This document shows, in pieces, positions 38,283-48,230 of a DNA stretch of 64,000 nucleotides. The stretch comes from an uncultured Candidatus Actinomarina sp. (GTDB lineage: Bacteria; Actinomycetota; Acidimicrobiia; Actinomarinales; Actinomarinaceae): contig CABZMN010000002.1 of assembly GCA_902526825.1 (NCBI GenBank), positions 26,265-90,264 of the forward strand. The letters run 5' to 3'. The position numbers were made by a program, and so were the translations under genes. The notes below the pieces were generated by a model, which did not search any database, was not told the DNA's origin, and worked only from the letters and a program-made list of their open reading frames with translations. Positions within the stretch are counted from its first letter, which is position 1. Every line of letters starts with the position of its first letter.

Positions 38283-38974
38283 CTATTTAGGAGTGTCTCT
38301 CGCTTGATGTCCTCAATTGCTTTTGTTACTTGTATGCCTCGTGGACACGCTGATGTACAGTTGAAAGCTGTTCTACATCTAAATGCACCGTTAACATCTT
38401 TCAAAATTTCAAGCCTTTGCTTTGTGCCTTCATCTCTAGAATCGAAAACAAATCTGTGTGCATTTACAATTGCTGCTGGCCCAACATATGTTTCTGCAGT
38501 CCAAAATACAGGACAACTAGTTGTACACGCTGCACACAAAATACATTTTGTAGTATCTTCAAACTTATCTCTATCCTCCGGAGACTGTATTCTTTCTCTA
38601 TCTCCAGGCTCTTTTTCATTAATTAGATAAGGCATCACCTTTTTATAACTATCAAAAAATGGTTCCATATCAACAATCAAATCTTTGACAACAGGAAGAC
38701 CACGTATCGGTTCAATTTTTATAGGATTTCCAACTTCTTTTACTAATACCTGGCAAGCAAGCATATTTTCACCGTTGATGACCATTGCATCAGATCCACA
38801 TACTCCGTGAGCACAAGATCTTCTGAATGAAAGCGAACCATCTTCAAACCATTTAATTTTGTGTAATAAATCCAGAATTCTTTCTTCAGGTTCAGCATCT
38901 ACTATATAGTTTTCCCAGTGTCCTTTTCTATCTGATTCTGGATCATACCTTAGAATTTTTAAATTAATATCCAT
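38279..38974 (-). CDS. sdhB: succinate dehydrogenase iron-sulfur subunit
   Basis: Cys clusters SFRRSCAHGVCGSD (2Fe-2S), CILCAACTTSCP (4Fe-4S), CRTAFNCTSACP (3Fe-4S). Confidence 0.95.
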   Translation of the reverse strand: MDINLKILRYDPESDRKGHWENYIVDAEPEERILDLLHKIKWFEDGSLSFRRSCAHGVCGSDAMVINGENMLACQVLVKEVGNPIKIEPIRGLPVVKDLIVDMEPFFDSYKKVMPYLINEKEPGDRERIQSPEDRDKFEDTTKCILCAACTTSCPVFWTAETYVGPAAIVNAHRFVFDSRDEGTKQRLEILKDVNGAFRCRTAFNCTSACPRGIQVTKAIEDIKRETLLNS

Positions 38975-40716
38975 TAGTATTTACGTTCCATTGGTTCATA
39001 TTTTCCTAATTCTACATCTTTGTACTTAAGATTTGCTGTGTTATCTTTTTTAAACGCAAAGGAATGTTTCATAAAGTTTGTATCATCACGATCTGGAAAA
39101 TCTTGTCTTGAGTGAGCCCCTCTTGACTCATTGCGAGCAAGTGCGCTTGCTACAGTAGCCTCAGACATATCTAATAGGTAATCTAACTCAATAGCCTCCA
39201 CAAGCTCCGAATTGTGAACTTTACTCTTGTCGAAAATTGTAACATTTTCGTATCTATCTCTTAATTCTTCTAATATCTCTGTTTGTTTTTCTAAAGTCTC
39301 TTTAGTTCTAAATATTTTTGCATTCTCTTCCATAGATTCTTGAAGATCTTTTCTAATATTTGCTACAGAAAATTCGTCGGTATGTTCTTTATCTGTAAGA
39401 TTTTGTATCTTTTTCGAAAGATCATCAGAGGCACTGTCACTAATGCTGTTTGGTTTTGTTTGAGTTACGTAATCAACCATGCTTTGACCTGCTCTTTTAC
39501 CAAAAACAACTATATCTAGGAGTGAATTAGTACCTAATCTATTTGCACCATGAACACTTACACATGCTGCTTCTCCAGCAGCATAAACTCCTGGTAGAAC
39601 TGTTCCTTTTTCATCACTAAGTACACGTGAATAAACATCTGTTGGAATGCCTCCCATAGCGTAGTGTGCTGTAGGTTGAACAGGTATAGGTTCTTCAATC
39701 GGTTCAATTTTCACATATGTTCTAACAAAATCAGTTATGTCAGGTAATTTTTTCTTTATTGTTTCTGCACCAAGGTGAGTCAAATCTAAATAAACGTAAT
39801 CGCTATCAGGACCCGCACCATTACCTTCACTTATTTCAGTAGCTATAGCTCTTGAAACCATATCCCTAGGTGCTAAATCTTTAATTGACGGAGCATATCT
39901 TTCCATAAATCTTTCTCCATCTTTATTTCTTAGAATTCCACCCTCACCTCTCGCTGCTTCTGAAAGCAAAATACCTAATCTATATATTCCAGTTGGATGA
40001 AATTGATAAAACTCCATATCTTCAAGAGGTATACCTTTTTGATAGAGAATCCCTGGTCCGTCACCAGTTAAAGAGTGAGCATTAGAGCTAACTTTAAATA
40101 TTTTACCAAATCCACCAGTTGCAAATGTAACTGCTCTGGTTTCAAAAATATGTATATCTCCGGTTGCAAGTTCATAGGCAATAACACCTTGGCAGATACC
40201 ATCCTCAATCTTGATATCTAGAACTTGAAATTCATCAAAAAAAGTTACTCCCATAGAGACACATTTTTGATAAAGAGTCTGAAGAATCATATGACCAGTT
40301 CTGTCAGCTGCATAACAAGCTCTGAAAGCAGGAGACTCTCCTTCTTTTACAGTGTGACCACCAAACCTTCTTTGTGCAATTTTTCCATTATCTAATCGAC
40401 TAAATGGTAATCCCCAGTGTTCCAATTCAATCACGGCATCAATTGCCTCTTTACATAAAATATCTACTGCAGGTTGGTCTGCAAGGTAATCTGAACCTTT
40501 GACGGTATCGAAAGCATGCCAGTTCCAGTTATCTTCTTCAACATTTGCAAGAGCGGCACTCATCCCACCTTGAGCTGCACCTGTGTGAGATCTTGTAGGA
40601 TAAAGTTTTGTTATGACAGCAAGCTTCATATGAGGTGCTGCTTCTATTGCAGCCCTAAGACCTGCTCCACCAGCACCAACTATTACTCCATCAAATGAAT
40701 GTTTTACTATTTTCAT
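38974..40716 (-). CDS. sdhA: succinate dehydrogenase flavoprotein subunit
   Basis: DGVIVGAGGAGLRAA FAD motif, RSHTGAAQGG (covalent FAD His), ...FHPTG..., ...ESRGAHSR.... Confidence 0.97.
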   Translation of the reverse strand: MKIVKHSFDGVIVGAGGAGLRAAIEAAPHMKLAVITKLYPTRSHTGAAQGGMSAALANVEEDNWNWHAFDTVKGSDYLADQPAVDILCKEAIDAVIELEHWGLPFSRLDNGKIAQRRFGGHTVKEGESPAFRACYAADRTGHMILQTLYQKCVSMGVTFFDEFQVLDIKIEDGICQGVIAYELATGDIHIFETRAVTFATGGFGKIFKVSSNAHSLTGDGPGILYQKGIPLEDMEFYQFHPTGIYRLGILLSEAARGEGGILRNKDGERFMERYAPSIKDLAPRDMVSRAIATEISEGNGAGPDSDYVYLDLTHLGAETIKKKLPDITDFVRTYVKIEPIEEPIPVQPTAHYAMGGIPTDVYSRVLSDEKGTVLPGVYAAGEAACVSVHGANRLGTNSLLDIVVFGKRAGQSMVDYVTQTKPNSISDSASDDLSKKIQNLTDKEHTDEFSVANIRKDLQESMEENAKIFRTKETLEKQTEILEELRDRYENVTIFDKSKVHNSELVEAIELDYLLDMSEATVASALARNESRGAHSRQDFPDRDDTNFMKHSFAFKKDNTANLKYKDVELGKYEPMERKY

Positions 40717-41123
40717 ACTTGTCTTACAAATGCAACAATTGCGTATGTTCCTATTATAAAGAAAATTAAAGATGTACTGTAAAGAGCACTGTGTGCAAGT
40801 TTTCGAATTGTTTTATCAGCTAAATTATCATGAATAACTACCCTCAATCCATTTGTTCCATGTAAAAGGCTTAATGTTAATAAAAGCCAATCAAATGCTC
40901 TCCAGTAAGGAGTTTCCCACCTTGCCGCCACAAAATCATAATCCAAGTTCAACGTGTCGTTAAATACATGCATGATGAACATATGCCAAACTGCCAGAAA
41001 CACTAGTACCAGTCCACTTACTCTCATAAAGAACCATGCTTGTAGTTCAAAACTAGATCCACCAACAGGTGGTTGACGTCTTCCCCAATCAGTTCTTGTT
41101 GTCTGCATTATTTTGTCTTCCAA
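40713..41123 (-). CDS. sdhD: succinate dehydrogenase hydrophobic membrane anchor subunit
   Basis: Three TM helices with a conserved His (...LLHGTNG...). Lies between sdhC and sdhA and overlaps both. Confidence 0.75.
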   Translation of the reverse strand: MEDKIMQTTRTDWGRRQPPVGGSSFELQAWFFMRVSGLVLVFLAVWHMFIMHVFNDTLNLDYDFVAARWETPYWRAFDWLLLTLSLLHGTNGLRVVIHDNLADKTIRKLAHSALYSTSLIFFIIGTYAIVAFVRQV

Positions 41124-41569
41124 TCTGGTATCGGCCTAATCATACAATCTACTATGGTGGTACCATCTGAGCTTTTTTCAAGACAAAGATCAAAATATGA
41201 TGTAGTCATTTTGTAGGTTGTTGGCACAAAAATTATCAAAAACACAAACAATGACGCAAAGTTAAGTTGTTTTTGATAATCAGAACCTTTACTCCATAAA
41301 TCTACAGAGATAATTCTTAATCCATTAATCGCATGACCGAGGACTGCCGCCATTAAGCCAATTTCAGCTACCCTAAAGTAAAAATTCTTATAAATTGCTT
41401 CAGCGCCTTCATATATCTCTGGTCCTAAAAGAATTAATGCAGTTGAAATGATATGTAATAGAAGGTAGCCAAATAGACCAACACCAGTAACTCTATGAAA
41501 AATATAGAGCCACATTCCAGTCTTTCCTTTATAAACCGAACCAGTCGATACAATTCGTTGGTATGCCAT
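41108..41569 (-). CDS. sdhC: succinate dehydrogenase cytochrome b subunit
   Basis: ...MWLYIFHRVTGVGLFGYLLLHI... and ...VLGHAINGLR... are the heme-ligand His helices of SdhC. First gene of the sdhCDAB order. Confidence 0.8.
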   Translation of the reverse strand: MAYQRIVSTGSVYKGKTGMWLYIFHRVTGVGLFGYLLLHIISTALILLGPEIYEGAEAIYKNFYFRVAEIGLMAAVLGHAINGLRIISVDLWSKGSDYQKQLNFASLFVFLIIFVPTTYKMTTSYFDLCLEKSSDGTTIVDCMIRPIPDWKTK

Positions 41570-41635
41570 TAATTAACCTACATTAATTATCCTACAAAAG
41601 GTATATTACAGTAAATTAATAAGGAAATTACGCCC

Positions 41636-41664
41636 TTGACATAACGATATATCAATAATAAATT
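41636..41664 (+). promoter_or_regulatory. possible promoter for whiB
   Basis: TTGACA (41636-41641), 17-nt spacer, TAAATT (41659-41664). A perfect 10-bp palindrome CACATATGTG (41666-41675) follows immediately. Sequence match only. Confidence 0.3.
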
Positions 41665-41705
41665 ACACATATGTGATTTAGTTTTTCAATAGTTAAAGGG
41701 GTGAT

Positions 41706-41987
41706 GTGGAAAATTCAATAATAGAGGAACTCATGGGTGGAATGCCCTCCTGGACGGAAGAAGCAAACTGTAAAGGAGCTGATGCAGATATATTTTTTCC
41801 TGAAAGAGGTGCTTCAACTAGAAAAGCTAAATCAATTTGTAGAGCCTGTTCTGTACAAGAAGACTGTTTGGAGTTTGCTATTGAAAACTCAGAAAAATTT
41901 GGAATCTGGGGCGGACTTTCTGAACGAGAAAGAAGAAGAATCAAACGTCAGAGAATTCATGACACAGACATTAGGGACGTTGGTTAA
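41706..41987 (+). CDS. whiB: WhiB-family [4Fe-4S] transcriptional regulator
   Basis: Four Cys in the WhiB arrangement (C-x22-C-x2-C-x5-C): ...EANCKGADADIFFPERG...AKSICRACSVQEDCLEFAIE..., followed by GIWGGLSERERRRIKR (G[IV]WGG turn plus basic tail). GTG start after AAAGGGG. Confidence 0.92.
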   Translation: MENSIIEELMGGMPSWTEEANCKGADADIFFPERGASTRKAKSICRACSVQEDCLEFAIENSEKFGIWGGLSERERRRIKRQRIHDTDIRDVG

Positions 41988-42442
41988 GAAATACTAAATT
42001 TTTCTTTATAAGCTTCGAAGTCTCTTTCCACTCCAATTTCATCACTTTTTATTATCTCAGTTATTACATTCTCTTCATTAGTGATGTAGGTATACCTTAA
42101 AGAGATTCCAACTCCATCATGAAAACATCCAAATTGTTTTGATACTTCTCCATGAGGCCAAAAGTCTGCCAGGATTGGAAAATCTATGCCGTAGTGGTTT
42201 GCCCAAGCTCTGTTAGTTGGTCCTGCAGCAACAGTAATCATTACTGTATCAGTTTCTGCAGATTTAAATGCATCCAAATTGTCTCTAAGTTCGCATATTT
42301 CTCCATCACATACAGAACTAAAAGGAAATGGCATGAAGACAAACATAGTTTTTCTTCCAAGAAAATCTTCTGACTTAAAAGTCTCTTTGTCATAATTTAC
42401 TAATGAAAAATCTGGAATTTTATCACCTATGTTTAAGCTCAT
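41984..42442 (-). CDS. ahpE: peroxiredoxin, AhpE-like (1-Cys/Bcp group)
   Basis: LNIGDKIPDFSLVN...KTMFVFMPFPFSSVCDGEICELRDNLDAF parallels my recollection of M. tuberculosis AhpE (LNVGATAPDFTL...LVFFPLAFTGICQGELDQLRD). Confidence 0.85.
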   Translation of the reverse strand: MSLNIGDKIPDFSLVNYDKETFKSEDFLGRKTMFVFMPFPFSSVCDGEICELRDNLDAFKSAETDTVMITVAAGPTNRAWANHYGIDFPILADFWPHGEVSKQFGCFHDGVGISLRYTYITNEENVITEIIKSDEIGVERDFEAYKEKFSIS

Positions 42443-42481
42443 TTTATTTTCTCCTTTTACTTTTCACTTTAACAATAATGA

Positions 42482-43534
42482 TTATATAGGAGGTAAAGAT
42501 GTACGGGCTGCCCATGAAATAGGATCATGCAATTCATCTAAAGTTGGAATCAATTCTGTCGAACCAAGAATATCGTCCAATGTAAATGTAGCTTGAGAAT
42601 CCTTAAGATAATCTAAGAAACCGTCAGAGTAAAAATCTAATTCAGAAATTTTTGTTTCGATGTCTTTTGTAGGGCTTTCGTAATTTGAAAATGACAAATC
42701 CATTAAGAGATCAAAAATACTGTTGTCCTGTAAAAGATTTAGTTCTTTTGATTTTTGTTTTATAACTGATCTGTAAAAGCTCAGAGGAGCTGCAATGCTC
42801 TCAAATATTTGATTTGGATCTATTCCCTCTACTCCAGAAATATTTGAAAACATTTCTTGGGGATTGTTTATTGCTTCTGGGCCCATATCAAGATTTAGGT
42901 CTTTGAGCTTTTTAATCATATCCTCAGAGCTCTTTGAAATTGTATTCATTATGTTCTCAAAAGGCTGTGAATATTTTCCCAGACATAAAGCCATGTATTC
43001 AACAGTAAAGTACGCAAGGCTTAGGTCGTTTTCGTTTGCTTCAAAATTGTTAACTTCGGCATTAAAGGTTTTATGATTTATAGCAAGTGTGTTTGATCTT
43101 GGGAGAATAATACCAAATTGACTTAATCCCCAGGAAAATTTACCTAACAATCCCGCAAGATTTCCAAATTGCATTCCTAAGATAGATGATTTCATATTAC
43201 TTCCACCAATTCCCCCAAACATAGATAATTCAGGAGATTCTAAAGATTCAAAATCAAAATGTTTTATTGATTCTATGAACCATTGTCCATATTCTTTAGG
43301 TGACATAAATTTTATTTCTTTAGGGCTTGACTCGTAGCTTGAAAATTCTTCAGACTTAAGCTCAATTACCCTAAAAATTTGCTCAAAATTTATGTCATTA
43401 TTGGATAATTCTAGAGGTAAGACTTCTTCATCCTTTGTTATATGGTTATTAATTTGCTTTGCTAGCTCCCAATTAACGCCAGATTCTTCATTATTAAAAA
43501 GGTTAAAGAATTGAGAGAAAATATCTTCAGACAT
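42482..43534 (-). CDS. DUF2342-family protein (actinobacterial 'zinc-dependent metalloprotease-like' hypothetical)
   Basis: The N-terminus ...IFSQFFNLFNNEESGVNWELAKQI... resembles the conserved start of the DUF2342/TIGR03624 family. I could not find an HExxH motif. Assignment is tentative. Confidence 0.5.
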   Translation of the reverse strand: MSEDIFSQFFNLFNNEESGVNWELAKQINNHITKDEEVLPLELSNNDINFEQIFRVIELKSEEFSSYESSPKEIKFMSPKEYGQWFIESIKHFDFESLESPELSMFGGIGGSNMKSSILGMQFGNLAGLLGKFSWGLSQFGIILPRSNTLAINHKTFNAEVNNFEANENDLSLAYFTVEYMALCLGKYSQPFENIMNTISKSSEDMIKKLKDLNLDMGPEAINNPQEMFSNISGVEGIDPNQIFESIAAPLSFYRSVIKQKSKELNLLQDNSIFDLLMDLSFSNYESPTKDIETKISELDFYSDGFLDYLKDSQATFTLDDILGSTELIPTLDELHDPISWAARTSLPPI

Positions 43535-44742
43535 TAAACATCGGATGGTCTTAAATCAAGAGTGAAGTCTAAAGTTATAGTATTTTCACCTCTCAATATT
43601 TCAATTGTAATAGCATCCCCAGCTCTTTTATTTCTAAGAATCGTAATAAGTTGGTCAAGTGTTGTGATATTTATATCATTTACTTTTTTAATTACATCTC
43701 CCGACAATGCTCCGGCTTTACCAATTGCGTATATATCGTCCGCAGGACCGTAGAGTTCTTCAATCACAACACCAGAAAATATTCTTGCTCCATCATCTGC
43801 AACTTCGAAGTACTGAGCACCAAGAATTCCTAAAAATGCATGTAGAACTTTTCCGTCATCAAGAATATCTTCAACAATTCCAAGTGCAAGATTTATTGGT
43901 ACTGCAAAACCCAATCCTTCAGCTCCTACATCTGCAGTTGCAATTGCAGTTGTGATCCCGATTAGTTCACCCTTTTGATTTAATAATGCACCACCGCTTG
44001 ATCCTCTAGTGATTGGAGCATCGGTTTGGATAAGTCCAAATAAAGTTACAGCATTATTCATACTCTCACTACCTACATCTAATCTCCTGTTCAGTGCAGA
44101 TATGACACCTGTAGTTACTGTTGGAGCAGCTCCAAGTGTTAATGGATGACCGATGGCTACTGCTAAATCTCCTACAAAAATTGATTCACTATTGCCAAAA
44201 CTTATAGGAATTAAGTTTTCATTCTCAATTTTTATCACACCTATATCTGTGAGTTTGTCTGACCCAATAACATTTGCTTCGTACATTCTTCCATCTTCAA
44301 AAATTACTCTGACATCTGTTGCGTTATCTATAACGTGATGGTTTGTGATAATTAATCCTTTTTCATTAATTACAACTCCAGAACCTCCGCCAACAGAAAT
44401 AAATTCGTTATCTTGGTTACGTTCTCCAACCTGTAGCTGGACAATAGTTTTTGTTGCAATTTCGGCTATCGAAACAACCTCAGAGGAATCCACACGAGGC
44501 ATAACCAATTCTTTCTCTTTTATTGTCTCTGTAATTGTCACAGGATCTGGCAAAGTAATCTCTTCTTCATCAAACACACCAAAGAAGAATAAAAAGGAAA
44601 GAACTATAGTGCTTGTAAAAAAAGATGACAAAAAAATAATATTGAATGTTGAGGTTTTCCTTTTCGTTTTTTCTTCAACTAAATCAGAAATGTATTTTTC
44701 AGTTTCAAAAAGTTCTTGTTGTTGAAATTTGTTATCTTCCAT
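43534..44742 (-). CDS. htrA: HtrA/DegP-family serine protease with PDZ domain, membrane anchored
   Basis: N-terminal TM segment. Catalytic triad context ...ITNHHVI..., ...DIGVIKI..., ...GSSGGALLN.... C-terminal PDZ (...GVVIEEL...GDVIKKVN...). Confidence 0.9.
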   Translation of the reverse strand: MEDNKFQQQELFETEKYISDLVEEKTKRKTSTFNIIFLSSFFTSTIVLSFLFFFGVFDEEEITLPDPVTITETIKEKELVMPRVDSSEVVSIAEIATKTIVQLQVGERNQDNEFISVGGGSGVVINEKGLIITNHHVIDNATDVRVIFEDGRMYEANVIGSDKLTDIGVIKIENENLIPISFGNSESIFVGDLAVAIGHPLTLGAAPTVTTGVISALNRRLDVGSESMNNAVTLFGLIQTDAPITRGSSGGALLNQKGELIGITTAIATADVGAEGLGFAVPINLALGIVEDILDDGKVLHAFLGILGAQYFEVADDGARIFSGVVIEELYGPADDIYAIGKAGALSGDVIKKVNDINITTLDQLITILRNKRAGDAITIEILRGENTITLDFTLDLRPSDV

Positions 44743-44839
44743 ACTTATATATTAAATATCTCCCAGATGTACTTGTTTTTCAAATCACAACTGGTTTTTT
44801 TAGTCAAATTTATGTTTATAAGTTAAAGTAAATACATAA

Positions 44840-45628
44840 GTGTTAGCAGTAAAAAATCTAGAAGTTGTTTATCAAGATGTAATTTTGGTTCTTAGAGGCA
44901 TATCTTTTGAAATTCCAAAAGGAGAGATTGTTTCTCTTCTAGGAAGCAATGGTTCTGGAAAAACTACAGCCCTGAGGGCAATTACTGGCTTACTTGATAC
45001 CCAAAATGGGGATATAACTAAAGGTCAAATTTTTGTTGAAGATGAAGATATTACTGATGCTGAGCCATCAAAAATAGTCAATTTAGGGATTGCCCAAGTT
45101 CTCGAGGGAAGAAGAATTTTTTCAGAGTTAACAGTCACAGAAAATTTACGTCTTGGTGGTTTTACGAATAACGACGCTGTTAAGCAAAACATGGAGAGAG
45201 TGTTTGGCTTATTTCCAATATTAAAAGAAAGAGCCAAAAATATTTCAGGATACCTTTCAGGAGGAGAACAACAAATGTTAGCAATTGGCAGGGCATTAAT
45301 GTCAGATCCAAAATATCTACTTTTAGACGAACCAAGTTTGGGACTTGCTCCAAAATTAGTTGAACAAATCTCTGAGCTAATTGTAGAAATTAATTCACAA
45401 GGAGTAACAGTTTTATTAGTTGAACAAAATGCTAACATGGCTCTAAAAATTTCGTCACATGGTTATATTATGGAAACAGGAAATATTGTAATGGACAATC
45501 CAAGTGAAAAGCTTATGCAAGACAAAGATGTCCAAGAATTTTATCTAGGTCTAAATGCAGAAGGTACTGAACGAAAGTCGTTTAAAGATGTTAAACACTA
45601 TAAGAGAAAAAAACGTTGGCTTTCATGA
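44840..45628 (+). CDS. livF: branched-chain-amino-acid-type ABC transporter ATP-binding protein (LivF-like)
   Basis: GTG start. GSNGSGKTT, LSGGEQQMLAIGRAL, LLLDEPSLGLAP, ...VLLVEQN... are LivF hallmarks. Confidence 0.88.
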   Translation: MLAVKNLEVVYQDVILVLRGISFEIPKGEIVSLLGSNGSGKTTALRAITGLLDTQNGDITKGQIFVEDEDITDAEPSKIVNLGIAQVLEGRRIFSELTVTENLRLGGFTNNDAVKQNMERVFGLFPILKERAKNISGYLSGGEQQMLAIGRALMSDPKYLLLDEPSLGLAPKLVEQISELIVEINSQGVTVLLVEQNANMALKISSHGYIMETGNIVMDNPSEKLMQDKDVQEFYLGLNAEGTERKSFKDVKHYKRKKRWLS

Positions 45629-46392
45629 GTAATGTAATCTCTTTTAAAGATGTAAGCCTCAATTTTGGGGGAGTCCAAGCATTGAAAAATATTTCATTTG
45701 ATATACAAGAAAATTCTCTATTTGCGATAATAGGACCTAACGGAGCAGGTAAAACATCAATCTTAAACTGTATAAATGGAATATATAAACCAACAAATGG
45801 ATCCATCGAAATCTTTGGAGAAGATACTTCAAATTTAGAACCAGATGAAATTGCTAATGCTGGGGTTTCCAGAACATTTCAAAATATCGAATTATTTGAG
45901 AACATGACAGCCTTAGACAATATTTTGATCGGAGCTCACAGGCATATAAACTATGGACCAGTTCAAGGCCTCTTTTTTTCGAAGAAGGCAAGAAATGAGG
46001 AAGAAAAAGCAAGAAAAATTTCAGAAGATGTCATAGATTTTTTAGAGATCGAAGAGTATCGATATTCATATATAATCTCTTTGCCATATGGTATTCAAAA
46101 AAGAATTGAACTTGGAAGAGCACTGGCTATGCAACCTAAAGTGATACTTCTCGATGAGCCAGCAGCAGGAATGAACAATGAAGAAACTGAGGATATTGCA
46201 AGGTTCATACTAGATATTCATGAAGAATTGGGAATTACAGTTATCTTAATTGATCATGATATGAACATGGTTATGGATATTGCTACAGAAGTTGTTGCAA
46301 TGGACTTTGGTGAAAAGTTATTTCAGGGTCTTCCTGAGGATGCAGCCAAAGATCAAAAAGTAATAGATGCATATTTAGGAGTGAGTGGTTAA
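45616..46392 (+). CDS. livG: branched-chain-amino-acid-type ABC transporter ATP-binding protein (LivG-like)
   Basis: FGGVQALKNISF, GPNGAGKTS, ...RTFQNIELF..., LPYGIQKRIELGRAL, ILLDEPAAGMN. Confidence 0.88.
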   Translation: MAFMSNVISFKDVSLNFGGVQALKNISFDIQENSLFAIIGPNGAGKTSILNCINGIYKPTNGSIEIFGEDTSNLEPDEIANAGVSRTFQNIELFENMTALDNILIGAHRHINYGPVQGLFFSKKARNEEEKARKISEDVIDFLEIEEYRYSYIISLPYGIQKRIELGRALAMQPKVILLDEPAAGMNNEETEDIARFILDIHEELGITVILIDHDMNMVMDIATEVVAMDFGEKLFQGLPEDAAKDQKVIDAYLGVSG

Positions 46393-46394
46393 TC

Positions 46395-48230
46395 ATGATT
46401 ACAATGGAAGAAATTTTTGAGGAGATACAAGCTAGTGGTGGTGTAACACCTTCCCGAAGGTTACGAGATATTGCATCAAGATTTCCAGAAAGGATCGCTT
46501 TCAGGGATAAAAAATTTGGTATATGGAATGAGATATCTTACAAAGAGTTTTGGCTTCAAGTTAATTATGTTGGATGTGCTCTTAATCATTTTGGAATTGG
46601 TAAAGGGGATAAAGTTGCTATACATTCTGAAAATAGACCAGAATGGTTAATTTCTGACATTGGCGCTCAGGCAATAGGAGCAATTAGTGTTGGGCTATAT
46701 CCAACTAATCCACCTGCTGAAGTTAAATATTTACTTGGGCACTCTGAATCTCAAATTCTGTTTGCAGAAGATCAAGAACAGGTAGATAAAGCACTAGAGG
46801 TCTTACAAGATCTTCCAGATTTGAAAAAAATAATTTATTTTGAAGATAAAGGTCTCTTTAGATATGAAAGTGAAAAACTTATGAAATGGGAAGATTTCTT
46901 AGAGGTTGGAAAAACAGAGTTTGAAAAAGATAAAGAATTTGTAAATTCAAGAATTGATGAAATTAAAAGTGAAGATATCGCATTAATGATATATACATCC
47001 GGTACAACAGGACCTCCAAAAGGCTCTATGCTCTCACATGGAAACTTAGAGTGGGTTTCTTCCATAATACCTGAGATATCTTTTACTCCGGGAATAGACA
47101 ACCCCGAGTACCTATCGTACCTTCCACTATGTCACGTTTTTGGAAGATTAGTTGATGAGATAATTGGAATTAATACCATAGGAACAATAAATTTTGCAGA
47201 GTCAATAGACACTGTTCAACAAGATTTAGCTGAAATCCAACCATCAATTTTTCCTGCAGTACCAAGAATTTTGGAGAGAATGCATGCTGGAACTTTGGTA
47301 AGAATGAGAGATGCTTCAAAGTTAAAACAAGTCTTGTTTAAAACTGCAAGTTATTTTGGAAATATCACAGCTAAAAGAAGGTTAGAAAATCCAAATGATT
47401 TAATTGCAAAAATTACAAATTTCCTTGCACAAATAATTGCATTTAGATCATTAAGAAAAAAACTTGGGTTATTAAATATTGATAACGCAGTATCAGGAGC
47501 GGCACCTATATCTCCAGAAATTTTGAGATTTTTTATGTCTTTAGGAGTTCCGATATACGAAGGTTATGGAATGACAGAGAACTCAGCGATAGCAACAGGT
47601 AATACCCCCGACAAAGTCAAGCTTGGAACAGTCGGTACTCCGCAAGCGGGTACTGAACTTAAGTTAGCTGAAGATGGTGAAATACTTGTAAGACACCCTG
47701 GAGTCTTCAAAGGTTATTACAAAAATGAAGAAGCAACTAAAGAGGTTATCGATGAAGATGGATGGCTTTATACGGGTGATGTTGGTGAATATGACGGTGA
47801 ATTCTTAAAAATCGTCGATAGAAAAAAAGATATTATTATAACTAGCGGTGGAAAAAATGTTTCACCATCTGAAATTGAAAACAATATCAAAACATCTCCA
47901 TTTATTAAGGAAGCAATAGTAATTGGGGATGATAGAAAATTTTTATCTGCTCTTATTGGTATTGAGTACGATATTGTTTCGAACTGGGCGCTGAGAAAAA
48001 ACATAGCACATACAACTTATAGAAACCTTTCAGAGAATGAAGAAGTACAAAATTTGATTTGGGATGAAATACAAAAAGCGAACGAGTACACCTCATCATT
48101 ACAAATAAGAAAATTTAGAATGCTTACAAAGGAACTAGATCATGAAGATGGTGATCTCACAGCTACACAAAAAGCTAAAAGAAATGTAATCATGGAAAAA
48201 TTTTCAGACCTCATTGAGGATATGTATTAA
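46395..48230 (+). CDS. AMP-dependent (long-chain) acyl-CoA synthetase
   Basis: AMP-binding motif MIYTSGTTGPPKGSMLSH, ...YEGYGMTE..., ...GWLYTGDVG..., ...DRKKDIIITSGGKNVSP.... Embedded between the ATPase and permease genes. Confidence 0.88.
   Translation: MITMEEIFEEIQASGGVTPSRRLRDIASRFPERIAFRDKKFGIWNEISYKEFWLQVNYVGCALNHFGIGKGDKVAIHSENRPEWLISDIGAQAIGAISVGLYPTNPPAEVKYLLGHSESQILFAEDQEQVDKALEVLQDLPDLKKIIYFEDKGLFRYESEKLMKWEDFLEVGKTEFEKDKEFVNSRIDEIKSEDIALMIYTSGTTGPPKGSMLSHGNLEWVSSIIPEISFTPGIDNPEYLSYLPLCHVFGRLVDEIIGINTIGTINFAESIDTVQQDLAEIQPSIFPAVPRILERMHAGTLVRMRDASKLKQVLFKTASYFGNITAKRRLENPNDLIAKITNFLAQIIAFRSLRKKLGLLNIDNAVSGAAPISPEILRFFMSLGVPIYEGYGMTENSAIATGNTPDKVKLGTVGTPQAGTELKLAEDGEILVRHPGVFKGYYKNEEATKEVIDEDGWLYTGDVGEYDGEFLKIVDRKKDIIITSGGKNVSPSEIENNIKTSPFIKEAIVIGDDRKFLSALIGIEYDIVSNWALRKNIAHTTYRNLSENEEVQNLIWDEIQKANEYTSSLQIRKFRMLTKELDHEDGDLTATQKAKRNVIMEKFSDLIEDMY

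Noticed and set aside
41693-41997. Two alternative ORFs overlapping whiB (41693-41944 minus, 41737-41997 plus)
   Set aside because: The frame at 41706-41987 carries the full WhiB Cys pattern and the GIWGG motif. The overlapping frames have no recognisable features.
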